NCBI RefSeq assembly: GCF_037042905.1
Contig: NC_087250.1
Location: 18,292,001-18,356,000 of the forward strand
Direction of reading: 5' to 3'
DNA from: Lytechinus pictus
Taxonomy: Eukaryota
DNA: 64,000 nucleotides
Shown here: piece by piece, positions 1-12,985 of the stretch
How positions within the stretch are numbered: position 1 is the first letter of the stretch
Layout: each line of letters starts with the position of its first letter
The notes under the pieces: generated by a model
Databases searched by the model: none
Told to the model about the DNA's origin: nothing
What the model saw: only the letters and a program-made list of their open reading frames with translations
Position numbers and translations under genes: made by a program

Positions 1-558
1 TTAAAGTAATTTGTCACTTTTTAGTTCATTTACATGAACATAAACAAACAATTGAAAATTTTTAACACTGAATTAAAAATGAAATATAGATATATGTTTT
101 TGTTTTAATCGTAGTTCGGTAATTATATTTTAGACTTGTAATCGATAAATCAAATTTTATCACAGGAAGAACATTAATTCTGCATCAAAATCATCAATTA
201 TCAAATGTTAAAATATTCTGTTGCAGGTCAATGTTAAGAATGACATAGAATTTACAATAAAGAATCTTCAAAATAAATTAATTAATAGATGATTATTCAT
301 TGCATTCTGTTGGCGAAACATTTACAGTGGACGTTCACCCAAGCGTTAGTATGTTTTACTTTGATAAAGGTAGAAAATACTGGCAAAGGTTTGGTGAAAC
401 TCCATAAAAAAAGGGTTAAGCTTTGTTTCAAGTGTTTTATTAAAGAAGTCATGTGCGAGCAGTATTCCCAAATATTAGTGAATTCTATTTGTTTTGATAT
501 TTTATATGACGAATACAAATATTGTTCTCATAGAAAGCTGTGGTATGAACTGTTGTGT

Positions 559-780
559 CTGCTGGCGGATTCATGGGGGGCACATTTTTTCTAGGAAAAT
601 TTGACAAGCAAAAAAATAAAAATCAGTCCAGGATCACAAATATTTCATATGACTCTAAGAGGGGGGGATTACACTTGTGTATACCGGCAAAGTTGCATTG
701 AAAATATTGAATATGGCTCTCAAAAGGGGGGGGGGGGTACGAACTGGATGTACCCCCTCCCCCCACCGGATCCGCCACAG
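559..780. mobile_element. hAT-like MITE fixed in a subset of array units (also ~12361-12584, ~29744-29943; truncated at ~18523 and ~22982)
   Basis: TIR-like CTGCTGGCGGAT...ATCCGCCACAG. It is absent from the diverged unit at ~34265 (ATGAACTAATATGTCGGGTGATAT). Confidence 0.6.
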
Positions 781-985
781 GCATGTCAGATGATATTTCC
801 AACGCAAATATAAAATCACTGGAGAAGCTTTGATAATTTTTTCCCCGCGGGAGGGGGGGGGGCGGTGCCCGTTGTCTTCTCTCTCAGTATTTTTTTTTCG
901 AAAATGACCATTTTGATCCCTTATATGATACACGTCATTGTAAGAAAATTCCTAAAGTATTAACCGATCACAAACTTTATTTTGA

Positions 986-1590
986 GGTGCCGTGGCCGAG
1001 TGGTCTTAAGGCGACCGCACACCTTACGACTGGTCTGCGACCCGATTTAGGAACAAATCGCATTTTGCTCATTTTCTAAAGATGTGAATGGAACATATCA
1101 TTTTATTTGAGGTTGAAATTAATTGAAATAACAATATTATAACAATTTTGAAAGATTGCAAGCCCTTATTTTGGAGTAAAGTCCAAATTAGGTTCAAATC
1201 GTAGCCAATCGTAAGACTGCTATGACGTCATTACGACTAGATATTAAATTCGCTTTTATTCTAAGAAGGATGATAGCATAGTCACAAATTTGATCGTAGG
1301 TATTCGTACGATGATTTCGAACATTACACAGTAAGATATTCCAAGTCTCAATATTAGCATCAAATTCTATTACATTTTATTCTGAAATCGGGTCGCAGAC
1401 CAGTCGTAAGGTGTGCGGTCGCCTTAAGGCGCCTGGCTATACATGGAAAGTCCGGGATTCGATCCCCGGCCGCGGCACCTATGCCCGTGAGCAAGGCATG
1501 TAATCCACAATGCTCTTTTATCTTGCTTTTAAATAAATGGAAATGCTATATGCATTATTGGTAATTAGGTGTGCACTTGTTTTTTTGTTT
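986..1590 (+). mobile_element. tRNA-derived SINE, interrupted by a MITE at 1009-1424
   Basis: Head GGTGCCGTGGCCGAGTGGTC..TAAGGCG..GGATTCGATCCCCGGCCGCGGCACC has A- and B-boxes. An intact copy lies at 12791. The unit at ~30140 lacks the SINE (TTTATTTTGATCCGTC). Confidence 0.85.
1009..1424. mobile_element. PIF/Harbinger-type MITE (416 bp) inserted in the SINE D-loop
   Basis: TIR AGGCGACCGCACACCTTACGACTGGTCTGCGACCCGATTT and its exact reverse complement at the right end. Flanks are TTA/TAA. The empty site GTCTAAGGCG is seen in the 12791 SINE. Confidence 0.9.
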
Positions 1591-4299
1591 TGTTTTATCG
1601 ATCCGTCATCGATTCAAAATATTGTCGATTCCTCTAAAAAAAAACCATAAGATTGAACACATTTTTTTTTATTATTGACACAGTCAGGGACAAAAATGAT
1701 TTTTCTATTATTTGTAATATTACAAAGAAATCGAAATTTCAATGCAATTTATTTTTTTTTTTAATAAAAAGTTTAAATTTATGAAGAAAGACAAATTGAC
1801 GCTTTTCAATTCAATCAAATGTATAGGCCCGAATTCACAAAGGTCGACTAAAGTTATACCCGGGGTATAAAACGCGTCATTTGACGTCATTTTAATCCAT
1901 GGACTAAAGTTAGCACCTAGGGGCTAACTTTTGCGATTCACAAAGGTCGACTAAAGTTATACCGGGGTATAAAACGCGTCATTTGACGTCACGATTTAGT
2001 CAGCTCTTTGGGGTGGACTAAATCGGTGGGTTAAAGTTAGTCCACTGTTTTAACCAATCAGAGAGCAGCATTTCGATTGCGGAAAAGTTTGCTGCAAGAA
2101 AAAAGTGTTTTGGGCAGAGACGAGATTCGGTGTGATCGGCTTATCTAAAGCTTCATATTTCACGACTTCGACCGAGATTGTAAGTAAATTACATAATTTT
2201 TGGAGCTTAAATCATGACGGAGCCTTTAGTTCCATCTGTAACTATTATTGATAGCTTTAACTTTCCAAAAGGTATACTCGAAAACTTGAAATGGTATCTG
2301 AATCATTGTTATCGTCGCGTCTCTAAGCTGCTCAGTCCCAGCCATGTACTTTTGTGTGCGTTCATATCTATGAGCATTGCAGTGCGAGACGCAATTAGCG
2401 TACACTACACAGGCCAGGTAGGCGTGATTGAAAGGTCGATACTATTTGCTAGTTATGTCAGGCAGTGATTTTCGATTTCGTGTGATTTTCATGGAATTTT
2501 TGTTGTCTACGATACCCCTGCCACTCCTCCTGGCCTGCCACTCCTCCTGGCCCTGCCAACACAGCTACTGTGCATCTAATTTTGTCTGAGACTGAAGCAA
2601 GGCCAAGGCAAGTCCAGGAGAGCAGCAATACAAATAAGTTTTTTTAACACTACAATACAGAGCCGGTCTAACTTAGACATTCTACTCTGGGCTGGCTTTG
2701 TCTTGGCTTGGATAGATGGTCAAGCTATGAAGCTTACCTGGTAGCCATGTTAGAGTTAGTCCTACAACATCGTTGGAGTAAAAAAAAATATTTTAATAAG
2801 GGTCAACTCTAACTTAAGGCTAAGCCCTGATTAAATTATTTTTTGAAAAAATATTCAATAAAGATTGGGTTCCACTCACCGCTGTTTACTCCAACAGCTA
2901 TAAATGAGCTGATTTTACTTTTACTAAAACTAAGTTTTACTGACCTTCGGCATTGCATTTGCGATCACTTATAGATTTACGGTGTCGTCAAAACATTAAA
3001 AAATAATGGAAATCCTAGGCCTAATTGATTATTTGAGTAGATCTAACTGAGGTCTAACTTTGAAAATTCTCTCTTTTGGGGGTTATTATAAACTCTACCC
3101 CACCCTCTTTGTTTCAAGTATTTTTTTTTCACAAGGAGTCCCAATGTTATATTCACATGAGACCACAGACAAGTGCATTTGATCTTCAGTCCTCTACATT
3201 TGTAGTAGACCGATAAATAGGTTTATTTCTGTCAGGGATATGCTCCCCTGAGATTTCATGTGGCTCCGCAGCATCCCGTCCCACCAAAAAAAAATCAGAA
3301 AATGTTGAACGACTCCTCTGAAACAGCGGATTTTATCAATCTACATTTGTAGCTGCTTTATTATTTTTTTCTTTGATATACCTTGACATTGCAGTATGAT
3401 TGATGAATAAATATTTTTTTCCTTATTTTTTTTCTTCCATATCAGCAACAGACCATACATACTCGGCAGATTGTGCTCAATCAAGACAAAGCAAACATGG
3501 CTCACAATTTTGAACTGCTGTGCCGTCTTGCAAGAGAGTGAGGTATGCCTTATCAATTCATATTTAAAAAAAATTAAATGTCATTAAAATGGCCTTTTTT
3601 AATAAAATATTATTTCTGGGATTTGAATTCATCATGTAATTGTAAATGTATCATGTGACATGTATGTTACTTTTTCATTCTTGTCATAGTAATTGACAAA
3701 AAAGAAGAGGGGGGGGGGACCTTGCTTGTGTGTTATTAACATATATATTTGTCTAGTGGTCACTAGGCTTGTTGATCTCCAATTAATCCTGACATTTTGT
3801 TGAATATTTATTTAAAAGAGAGAAAGAAAGCATTGTCAGTCTGATGAATGCCGGGGGGGGGGGGGTAGAAAAAAAGGTTTAATGAGACTTTGATGAAGAT
3901 TCATGAAAATATGTTTTATTCGAAAGTCACTCGCAAGCAATAACCTCTATTTGTGTAAACAAAGTTCCATAAAATTAGTGCCTTGCCTTCATTATTAAAG
4001 CCAATTGAAAGTGATTCAGTAAATCAGTTTTCATAGAAGCATCTCTATGACGTGCGTGGTTTGATCAATGATGATGATCAGCAACAATTGGCAGGTTTTT
4101 TTTCTTCACTTTTACAAGTAGGTAAATAGAAAAGCTACTCATGTCAATTAGAATTTTTATCCTATCTTTTTTTAAGGATTTCTGTATAATCTTTCACATT
4201 CTGTTCCTCATTTTAAACACTTTTGAATTAAATGAAATTCAAAGAGTAAATTGCCCATTCATGGTGACTCTTAAACACAATCTTTTAACTTCCATGCAG

Positions 4300-4460
4300 A
4301 TTCAGCAACACATAGAAAGACCACAGCATGGATTAAGAGACAGGAAGAATCCATTTGAATACTACGAGGATGAACCTCTCAGAGTGGGGGTACCAACAGA
4401 GAGAACCACACATTGCCTGTCATGTTACAGGTTTTGACAGGACTTTGTTTTATGTCATTG
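4300..4460 (+). pseudogene. Harbinger (HARBI1-like) transposase, degenerate N-terminal exon
   Basis: AG/GT-bounded segment encoding LRDRKNPFEYYEDE...YRF, matching the RDRxNPLxxYxDxEFxxRYR N-terminal motif of Harbinger transposases. Frameshifted. Confidence 0.75.
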
Positions 4461-5532
4461 GTGAGTTTTCATGTGCGAATTATAAAGCAGAGGGTAATTG
4501 GGGGGGGGGGTCAAATTATGTTCTATGAAAGTGATTTTCCAGGCCAAAAATGATGAGATTTTGATAAAGAACAATTCGATTAGCAAAAACCATCAATATT
4601 GGATGGAGAATTATGAATTGATTCAGTTTTAAAGTTTTACATAACTTGGGGGAAACAGTTCTGTGTATCTCATATGCAATATTCATATCCCCACTTGTTC
4701 TCTAGTGATCTGAAATCATAATCATTATTTTTTTTCCTCCAGGAATGTAAAAATGGGGTTGACTGCTGATTATATATTTAAGATAGTTATTGCGAGTTCA
4801 GAATAATGTAAGGATCAAGGATTGGAAGTATCTAGTCATGAAAATTAAGTTTTATGTTTTGCTTAGCATGCAGATTTTCCATTGAGTAATTGTCGCCAGA
4901 GCAAATATCATGGAACCCTTGTACATTAATGTGTGGAAAATGTGTGGATGTGACATCATCAGGCTATTTCTTGCATATTCATGAAAACATGCACATGTTT
5001 CACAGAAATAATTAATGCAAAACCTAATATTCATTATTAATCATCCAAATTGTATGATTTTTGTTTCTGCTTTCAGCCAGGAGTACTAGTAACCCCTTAC
5101 AGGGGAGGGGGAGTGTTGGGGGTATTTCACAGAAAGGTTTTTGTCGGAATGAAACATGTAACCCTTTGGGTTGGAAATAGGTGGGGATTTTATTTTTCTC
5201 TCATTTTTTACAATGTAGCAACATTTTTTAATACAAATATGTCATATTCAAGTGGGAAATTATCATGAAGGATGATTTATAACCACCCAAAAAGAAATAT
5301 TGGTATGTCATTTCAGCTTAACAGAGATATTCTCCATTTTGCATGGATTGTTATTGCAGTAGAGTTTTTTTTTAATGAATCGAAGAAAAATCTCTTTAAG
5401 CAGTTCCAGTGCATCATAAACATCAGGTCATAACAGAAGCACAATGTTTGCAAACGTAAATGGTAAAGTATCAATTGGCTTTCATATCAATAAACCAATT
5501 ACATAACATCACTTATCATTCGATAATTAAAG

Positions 5533-5816
5533 GTACCTTTTAGAAGATGCAAGCAGACGAAGCAACTATATCACAGTCATCCGTGTGCAGAATCATCAAA
5601 GATTTTTCTGAGGCAATAGCAAGGAGTAACAGTCAATGAAGTTTCCGATGACGAGAAATTCAAACCACCCAGCGACAATTTGATGATTGCTACAGGTTTC
5701 CAAGAGTCATAGGTGCTATCGATTGGGGCCAATCCAGGCCATGTCTGCATCAGGAGTCCTGATGGGGAACAAGCCCTGTACTTAGCAGGAAGAACAGGTC
5801 TTCTGTAAATGTATAG
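5533..5816 (+). pseudogene. Harbinger transposase, degenerate HTH plus first catalytic-D exon
   Basis: Translates in shifting frames to GTF*..ISQSSVCRIIKDFSEAIAR, FPRVIGAID, HVCIRSP and RKNRSSVNV*, matching GSFQ..GISQSSVSR / FPGVIGAIDCTHI / NRKGxHSINVQ of DDE_Tnp_4 transposases. Contains stops and frameshifts. Confidence 0.88.
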
Positions 5817-6185
5817 GTTGGTATACTCACTCAGTTTTTAATGTGGTATTCTCTGTATTCAACACCTACTAGAGGTATGTGATAATGAAGAAAAAATATA
5901 TTGGCCCCTACTACATACTGTCTTTTATCAAGTTTCAATCTTGTTGTTGGTCAAATTTTCTTAATATGTGAAATAAGACAATTTTAAAGATTTCACTGAA
6001 GAAAAAAATATAGATAATCTGCTAACTTTCCTATTGCAGGAGAAATGAAAAATAGGGAAAAAAAATGCATTTTGCTTATTCAGGTAAAGGAGGTATTAAT
6101 TGCTTGATCAATGAAGATATATTTGCAGAAAGAATACCGAAGAGCAAATTTTCTAATATTCATTTTGTTTTGATCCTTATTGCAG

Positions 6186-6310
6186 GTATCCGTTGCTCCC
6201 CTCTTTGATGAATTCCTGCCTGCATTCTGTTGTCAATAGAAAAGGACGGTGTGCTACGGGTATAAGCATTCCATTGGATTATCTGTGCATGAAAGTGGAC
6301 ACTTGTGATA
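6186..6310 (+). pseudogene. Harbinger transposase, degenerate exon (GYP..LM motif)
   Basis: After the acceptor TTATTGCAG the sequence reads (G)YPLLPSLM, matching the conserved DSGYPLxPWLMTP motif. Confidence 0.6.
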
Positions 6311-6329
6311 AAAAATGGTAGCTTGGTTG

Positions 6330-6570
6330 TAGTGGCGTACCTAGGATTTTCCACAGGGAGGGCAAAACCGTTTGGCCGAAAAATTTTACAAGTAAAAAAA
6401 AAAAGGTCTTCAATCACAAATAAAGGATTTCGTACCAGAAATAAAATTGACAAGCAAAAAAAAAAGTTGTTCAAGCTCGTCAGGGGGGCAGGTATACGTC
6501 CTTTGCATGGGTTGTGGCTCGTCAGGGGGGGGGGCAGAGTGCCCCCCCCCCCCCCGTAGGTACGCTAGTG
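6330..6570. mobile_element. hAT-type MITE nested in the Harbinger element
   Basis: Ends TAGTGGCGTACCTA...TAGGTACGCTAGTG. Perfect 8-bp TSD CTTGGTTG. Confidence 0.85.
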
Positions 6571-7333
6571 CTTGGTTGATAGGATGTATTCATGCATTCC
6601 GATTTATCATTAGTGATCAAATGACCATCTTGCTTTTTAAAAACCCAAGTTCACAACATTTTTCTTGTTTGATAAAAGGTTTGGGACGTGAATTCCACGA
6701 TATAAATGACACATATGATGGGCTAATGTATAAGCAGGGACATGAGAGGTATAAGCAACATTTTTTTCATGCTTAATTAAGTTTGGCATGAGATGGACTT
6801 GGTCTTTCTTATGATTCAAGTCTATTTTATACCAATTTTGTTTTAATCAACAATCAATGTTTTAAGTCTCATGATTTCAATTTCAAAACATCTTTGTTAA
6901 TTAAATATTCATTTTTTCCTTAGCATTTGCATCTTCTTAATTTATCAAATTTAAATTATAAGATATCATTTTTGCTGAATATCCTTTTTTTCACCTATTT
7001 TCATAGGCCCTAAGATACATTTCTGTAGTAAGCACTATAAATACATTGCAAGCTATTATCATTTGTTTGATATTACTATTTTATAGAATCATCTTTTAAT
7101 TTCTTTCAGAAAGATATTTGACAAATTACTTGTGATATCCATGCTTTAGCTGTAGAGTTTAAAATCTTCATTAAACTTTATTTAATCCGTTGTTTATCTA
7201 TTTTCATTCAGAGTTTCTGAAAACGTAAACATATCATTTGTATCATGTAAAGAATTTCAATCTACCTTAAAAAGTAATGCACTAAATAAACTGCTCTGTC
7301 TACTACACATGTACATATAAGTTTTGATTTTAA

Positions 7334-7790
7334 AGGTCAAGCGGCCTCCCCAGAAAAAATTCGATTTGAATTAATAGAAAAAAAATCAACCGAGCATAAT
7401 GCTGAGAATTTCATCAAAATCAGCGTCGGTTGTAAAATAGGAACGTTATGAAATTTTCAAGTTTGGCTTATTTTTCACAACACAGTTATATGCACAGATC
7501 AGTGACATGCAAATGAGACAGTCAATGATGTCCACATGTTCAGGGGGGGGGGGGACTAATCTTGGTTTCACTTGACAATGAAGAGAAAATTTAAATATTT
7601 CATCTCGTAGAATAAAAAGAAATAGTTTGCATGCCGACTGGGATGTACATATAAGTTTGTAGTCAAGCAAAACTTTAAAAATGTCATAACTTAATATCTT
7701 TACATCAGATTTTGATGAAATTTTCAGTGTTACGCTCGTTGTGTTTTTCTCTTTTTATTCAAATCAACTTTGTGGGGGTGGACTTGTCCT
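7334..7790. mobile_element. Kolobok-type MITE (relatives at ~56285-56878 and ~61521-62127)
   Basis: TTAA|AGGTCAAG...GACTTGTCCT|TTTA, with long imperfect inverted arms. Confidence 0.7.
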
Positions 7791-10252
7791 TTTATATTGT
7801 TTTCAAGTAATTGTGTCAGGAGAAAACAAAAATGAAATTCTTTTATCAATTCTGTCCATATGTTGCATGGTTCATCGTTCTTGCAGGAGGCAAAAAATAA
7901 ATTTATATAAGAAAGTCTTATTTTATTTACTTTCAGATAAAAATTGTGCTAAGGAGAGATTAAGGTTATGTGTAAGACAGGGGTGGTGGTAATGGTATGT
8001 TGGTTAAGGTTGTGTATGAAGAAAGTCAAGTGATTGCTTGCTTGTGCAGGAGGATATACTTCAAGAAACTTGTTGTAAGGCATAATGCAAAATTATTTAT
8101 AATAGAACTTAATTGAGAGAAAAGTATTTGGCACGTTAAGATGCACAATAATGTACATGTGATTGAAGCAAATGAGAAATGAAAGGAGTAAAGGTAGCTA
8201 CATGTGTCACTGAGAGAATTGCCTGTGGTGTTATATTTATAGCATAAATCTTTATTTTAGGAAATTTAGTCCCTTCAGTTTGAAAGTATAGAGGGCGGAC
8301 CATGGACCACTGACCATGGAAAAAAGTCCCCCCCCCCCCCCAAAAAAAAAAAAAAAAAAAAAAAACATTACCAAGAAAAGAAAGAAAGGTGAAACACATT
8401 ATTTTCTGAATATTATGTCAAATCTATCACAAAATTGGATATTTGATATTAAAATTTTGAATATTTTTCCTTGCTCGCAAGTTTTTATTTTACCTGATAT
8501 GCCATATTTAGCCCACTGATATTTCCCCAATTTCAAATATATTATTATGATTGGGTGGAATACCCTTTACACTTATCCAGGATTGATAAGTCTTTATTTT
8601 TCTGATAAGGAAATTGTGTTTCCTTTAAGGAAAAAAATACTGCAAGCATATGGTGAATAGCTTGACCCCCCCCCCCCCCCCCTCCAAAGCAAACTGGAGT
8701 AGGTTAAGGTTGGGAATAATGCGATTGCAAGAGTGACCAGTGAGTGTGGAGGAGCTACTAATGAGTATCTCAGCTCCTTTTAGAGATGTTGGTAGAACTG
8801 ACGTATATAATACTAATAGGGAGGGGGGGGGCTCTTGCCCCCCCCCCCAAAAAAAAAAAAAAAAAGATGTGAAAATCTAACACAAACTAGGATTTTAATG
8901 TCAATTTAAAAAAAATAAATTTTGCTCGCTTAATTTATTTTTTAAATCAATTTACCGAGATACACCATATAAAAAGACAAGAATAAATAAATGAATTGAA
9001 AATATTACTTCGAATGGGAAAGTCAATTCTGAGGGAAAGGAAAAGAGGCACGCTTGTGGACGCGAGATCAGATCAAGGTCATGTCGCTTCGCCCCACGCG
9101 ACGCTGGCCCCACCATTTACCAAGACCAAGTACATAACCCAAACAAAGATTCAATTCCACTGATATTTCCATTTTCTATCAAAGCTAGCTCCGGGCAAAG
9201 TTCCACCGGACTTCGATAAGGTAGGTAGGATTATACAATCAGATTGGTTATGATTCAATTCAAACAAATGTGCACTTGATCTAGATGTAATTGGCGTGTA
9301 ACGTTAGATTTATTTTTCCGTAGATCTAAGTAACTTCCTCAGGCCTAAAACGCAGTTACGGCACGCTATTATAGGCCTAGATCCATGTCTAACTGCACTG
9401 TAATACGATGGCGATCGATCTGGACTTCATATTAGACCAAAAAGGAAAAAAACAACAACTTTGGTCTCTGTCATTGTTCCGCTGGACTCCGTTGCCTCCA
9501 CTAACCAATTGAGAAATAAGAAATTGAAAAAAAATGTGTAAAACCCCCTCGAAAAAGCCGGCTGCTGCAGCTGTCTAAAAAAGGTTAAAACTTCTTCACG
9601 TTGCAGTGCACCTACCGCACGGTACCGTACATTGACGGAGTTTGAACTTCTCGATACGGTACGATGCTGCAGGCGCAGTCGAGCTAGCTCGCACGCAGGC
9701 AGCGCTAACGTTAGTCCGAACCTAAGTTGGTAAATATTAACAAATAAGTAATGACAATGTTCGTTGTCAACACCTCATTGCTAAGAAATTCAAGTTCATG
9801 CTGCTGATACATGATTTTGGGGTTGAGTTCTGCTTCCTAACTCATGTGATGCAATGGCGACATTTCATATGGCCCTAGCAGACGAAACTCTCAAATACGG
9901 CACTGAGCATGCTCAGTACTGCTTTATTACACTGAGCATGCTCAGTGCAGTGTTATAATAGTATGCTAGCTTCAGTCCATGATTTAATCCATGGACTAAA
10001 GTTATGACCGGGGTATAACTCAGCCGTGGGTTAAATTTAGCACCGGGTGCTAAAGTTAGTCCATGGATTAGTTAGTCCACCGTTTGTGAATAGCGCGGTG
10101 GACTAACTTTATACCCCGGTATTAGTTAACCCCCGACTAAATTTAACCCCGGTATAACTTTAGTCGACCTTTGTGAATTCGGGCCATAAATTTATGATTC
10201 TAAAGATCAATTTTTTATTTTTTATGTAATCAACACTGAATTTGAAATGAAT

Positions 10253-10617
10253 CCTTGGCAGTTCTGGCCGGGGCTTTGGGTTTAAAGGGAAAGTAATAAA
10301 TTTTAGAGAATGGCAAGTGTGCAAGCCTTGATTCATAAGCGGGTAGTTTTAAAGGGAGTGAGTACATCACTTGGCTTAGAGTAATGGTTGGGGGAGGGCC
10401 TTTTCGTCGAATTAGGCTACGTACAAAGGTGCCAACTTGTTACCGTGGTGGTTTTACACTTGACTGTTTACTTTTGTTGATGTTCTTACTTTAAGTTTTC
10501 TGTTATAGCGTTTGGAGTGTAGTATTTTATTGGTATGTATATTACATGTACCGAGTGTATGTAAATATTGTATATATGTTGATATTTTGATGAATAAAAT
10601 TATTGAAAGAAAAAAAA
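10253..10617 (+). mobile_element. 5'-truncated non-LTR retrotransposon 3' end (L1/Tx1-like, tentative)
   Basis: Insert between GAAATGAA and CATTTGAAGC that is absent from the paralogous unit (~13285). Ends in AATAAA plus an A-rich tail. Confidence 0.55.
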
Positions 10618-12790
10618 CATTTGAAGCATATTTTTCATATTAATCGTAGTTCAGCTACGAATGCGCATGTACTTTGAACTTGTACATAAGACTGTATTGG
10701 GCAGCCTGTCATCTGGATCGCAAAATCAAATATTTCTTCCTTCAATATCATTCTTAGATGATTTTTTTTATCAATTCTTCACCAATACATGTCTGTATGT
10801 TCTCTTATTTTCCATCATTAAAGAAAAGTATAAGAAACGTATGTGTGTTTGGGTATTTCAGTACAGACGCGTATCTATCAGATATGATTCTTCACGTCTG
10901 GGACCGACCTTTAACGTCACCATCCGAGAGACGTGATCAGGCCTTGAACCTCTGGATCAGTATATAACTCCCCCCCCCCCCCCACATAACTTGGATTAAA
11001 GGCCCTCAAGAAATAAAATAAAATATAAAACAGCCAATCTCAAACTTTCTTTCGCTTGAGCACTGATACGAAATATTGTTGAGTGAGTGTAATATTGTAA
11101 AATAGTGTGAAGCACAATTTTTTTATTTTTCTTTCAAAGAAACGTAGATTAAACACTTTAGTATTGCGTAATATGGATGTTTGAATTTATTCCATATAAT
11201 TATAAAGAATTTGTTTGCAAAAAGGGTTAGATCCACTTTAAACTATTCCCCCCAAAAAATCTTGTCTCTTTTTATGAATTCTCCCATATTGCAATAGTCG
11301 TATGTGAAAATAAATTGCCATGATACCCTACCATGCCAAACATAAAATTGGATATAAAATAACTCTTCTTGTCCTTCATATCTTTTAAACATTAAAAAAA
11401 AATACTTTTGTGGATGTAGCCCTATTTGCCAATAATCTGAAATGGATCTAACCCCTTCGGAAAAAGCGATATTTTTTCTTTGCCTATTTTTTAATTTTTA
11501 ATGGGAGTTTCGACTTTGTTTCGGTATCATGTTATCGAGCTTCAAAGTAATTACATATTGTGATCAGAAACAAATCATATGTAAATATTGATCTATTATT
11601 TTTCATACGGACCAGCATATTTCTGAAGTCCGTGACAAAATTAATTGAAGATTTTGGCGTGTTTCATAACCGCTGGATAGGTACTTTAAAAAAGTATATA
11701 TATAATATAATGTAATAAAAAAAAAGTTTATTTAAATTTACCCACATTCAAAAATATTATACATTTCAATTTATTCAATTTAAAAATGCTTATCAAATAT
11801 ATTATTTTAAAAAAAAAATTCTTTCATTGATATGAACATGAACATTTTTTTGAAAATTTTCAACGCTGAATATAAAATGAAATATAAATACCGATTTTCT
11901 TTTAATCGTAGTTCGGTATTGTACTTTAAACTTGTAATCGATAGATCAAATGTTATAAGAGGAAGAACATTAATATTCTGCATCATAATCATCAATTAAC
12001 AATGTTAAAATATCATTTTGTTGTAGGTCATTGTAAGAATGACATAAAATTTACAATAAAGAATCTTGAAAATAAATGAATTAATAGATGATAATACATT
12101 ACATTCTGTTGGCGAAACATTTACAGTGGACGTTCACCCAAGCGCCATTAAGTTTTACATTAATAAAAATAGAAAAGTAGTGGCGAAGGTTTAGTAAAAC
12201 TCCATAAAAAAGGGTTAAGCTTTGTTTTAAGTGTTTTTATTAAAGAAGTCATGTGCGAGCAGCATTCCCAAATATTAGTGAATTTTGTTTGTTAAGGTGG
12301 TATGTATATGACGAATACAAGTATTGTTCTCATAGAAACCTGTGGTATGAACTGTTGTGTCTGCTGGCGGATTCATGGGGGGGGGGGCACATTTTTTCTA
12401 GAAAAATTTGACAAGCAAAAAGTAAAAATCAGTCCAGGATCACAAATATTTCATATGACTCTAAGAGGGGGAGGGGGTTACACTTGTGTATACCGGCAAA
12501 GTTGCATTGAAAATATTGAATATGACTCTCAAAAGGGGGGCTACGAACTGGATGTACCCCCTCCCCCCACCGGATCCGCCACAGGCATGTCAGATGATAT
12601 ATCCAACGCAAATATAAAATCACTGGAGAAGCTTTGATAATTTTTCCCCGCGGGAGGGGGGGGGGGGCGGTGCCCGTTGTCTTCTCTCTCAGTATTTTTT
12701 TTTCGAAAATGACCATTTTGATCCCTTATATGATACACGTAATTGTAAGAAAATTCCTAAAGTATTAACCGATCACAAACTTTATTTTGA

Positions 12791-12985
12791 GGTGCCGTGG
12801 CCGAGTGGTCTAAGGCGCCTGGCTATACATGGAAAGTCCGGGATTCGATCCCCGGCCGCGGCACCTATGCCCATGAGCAAGGCATGTAATCCACAATGCT
12901 CTTTTATCTTGCTTTCAAATAAATGGAAATGCTATATGCATTATTGGTAATTAGGTGTGCACTTGTATTTCTTTTTTTTTTTTTT
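12791..12985 (+). mobile_element. tRNA-derived SINE (uninterrupted copy)
   Basis: tRNA-like head with a 7-bp acceptor stem GGTGCCG/CGGCACC and A/B boxes, followed by a non-tRNA body and a T-rich end. Confidence 0.85.

Larger units (their letters stand above)
1826..10185. mobile_element. PIF/Harbinger DNA transposon, 8.36 kb, coding capacity decayed
   Basis: TIR GGCCCGAATTCACAAAGGTCGACTAAAGTTATACC at 1826 and its reverse complement ending at 10185. 3-bp TSD ATA. Subterminal GACTAAAGTTA/CCGGGGTATAA repeats and internal HARBI1-like transposase remnants. The paralogous unit at ~13205 is empty. Confidence 0.92.

Noticed and set aside
289..933. Recurrent short ORFs (MIIHCILLAK..., ...KISPGSQIFHMTLRGG...) repeated at 12.3, 22.7 and 29.7 kb
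   Set aside because: Frames and stops differ between copies and they span MITE sequence. There is no domain signal, so this is non-coding repeat.
12791..12865. Possible tRNA gene (7-bp acceptor stem, D- and T-arms)
   Set aside because: The anticodon arm does not pair, the head continues into a SINE body and tail, and it is an insertion absent from a paralogous unit.
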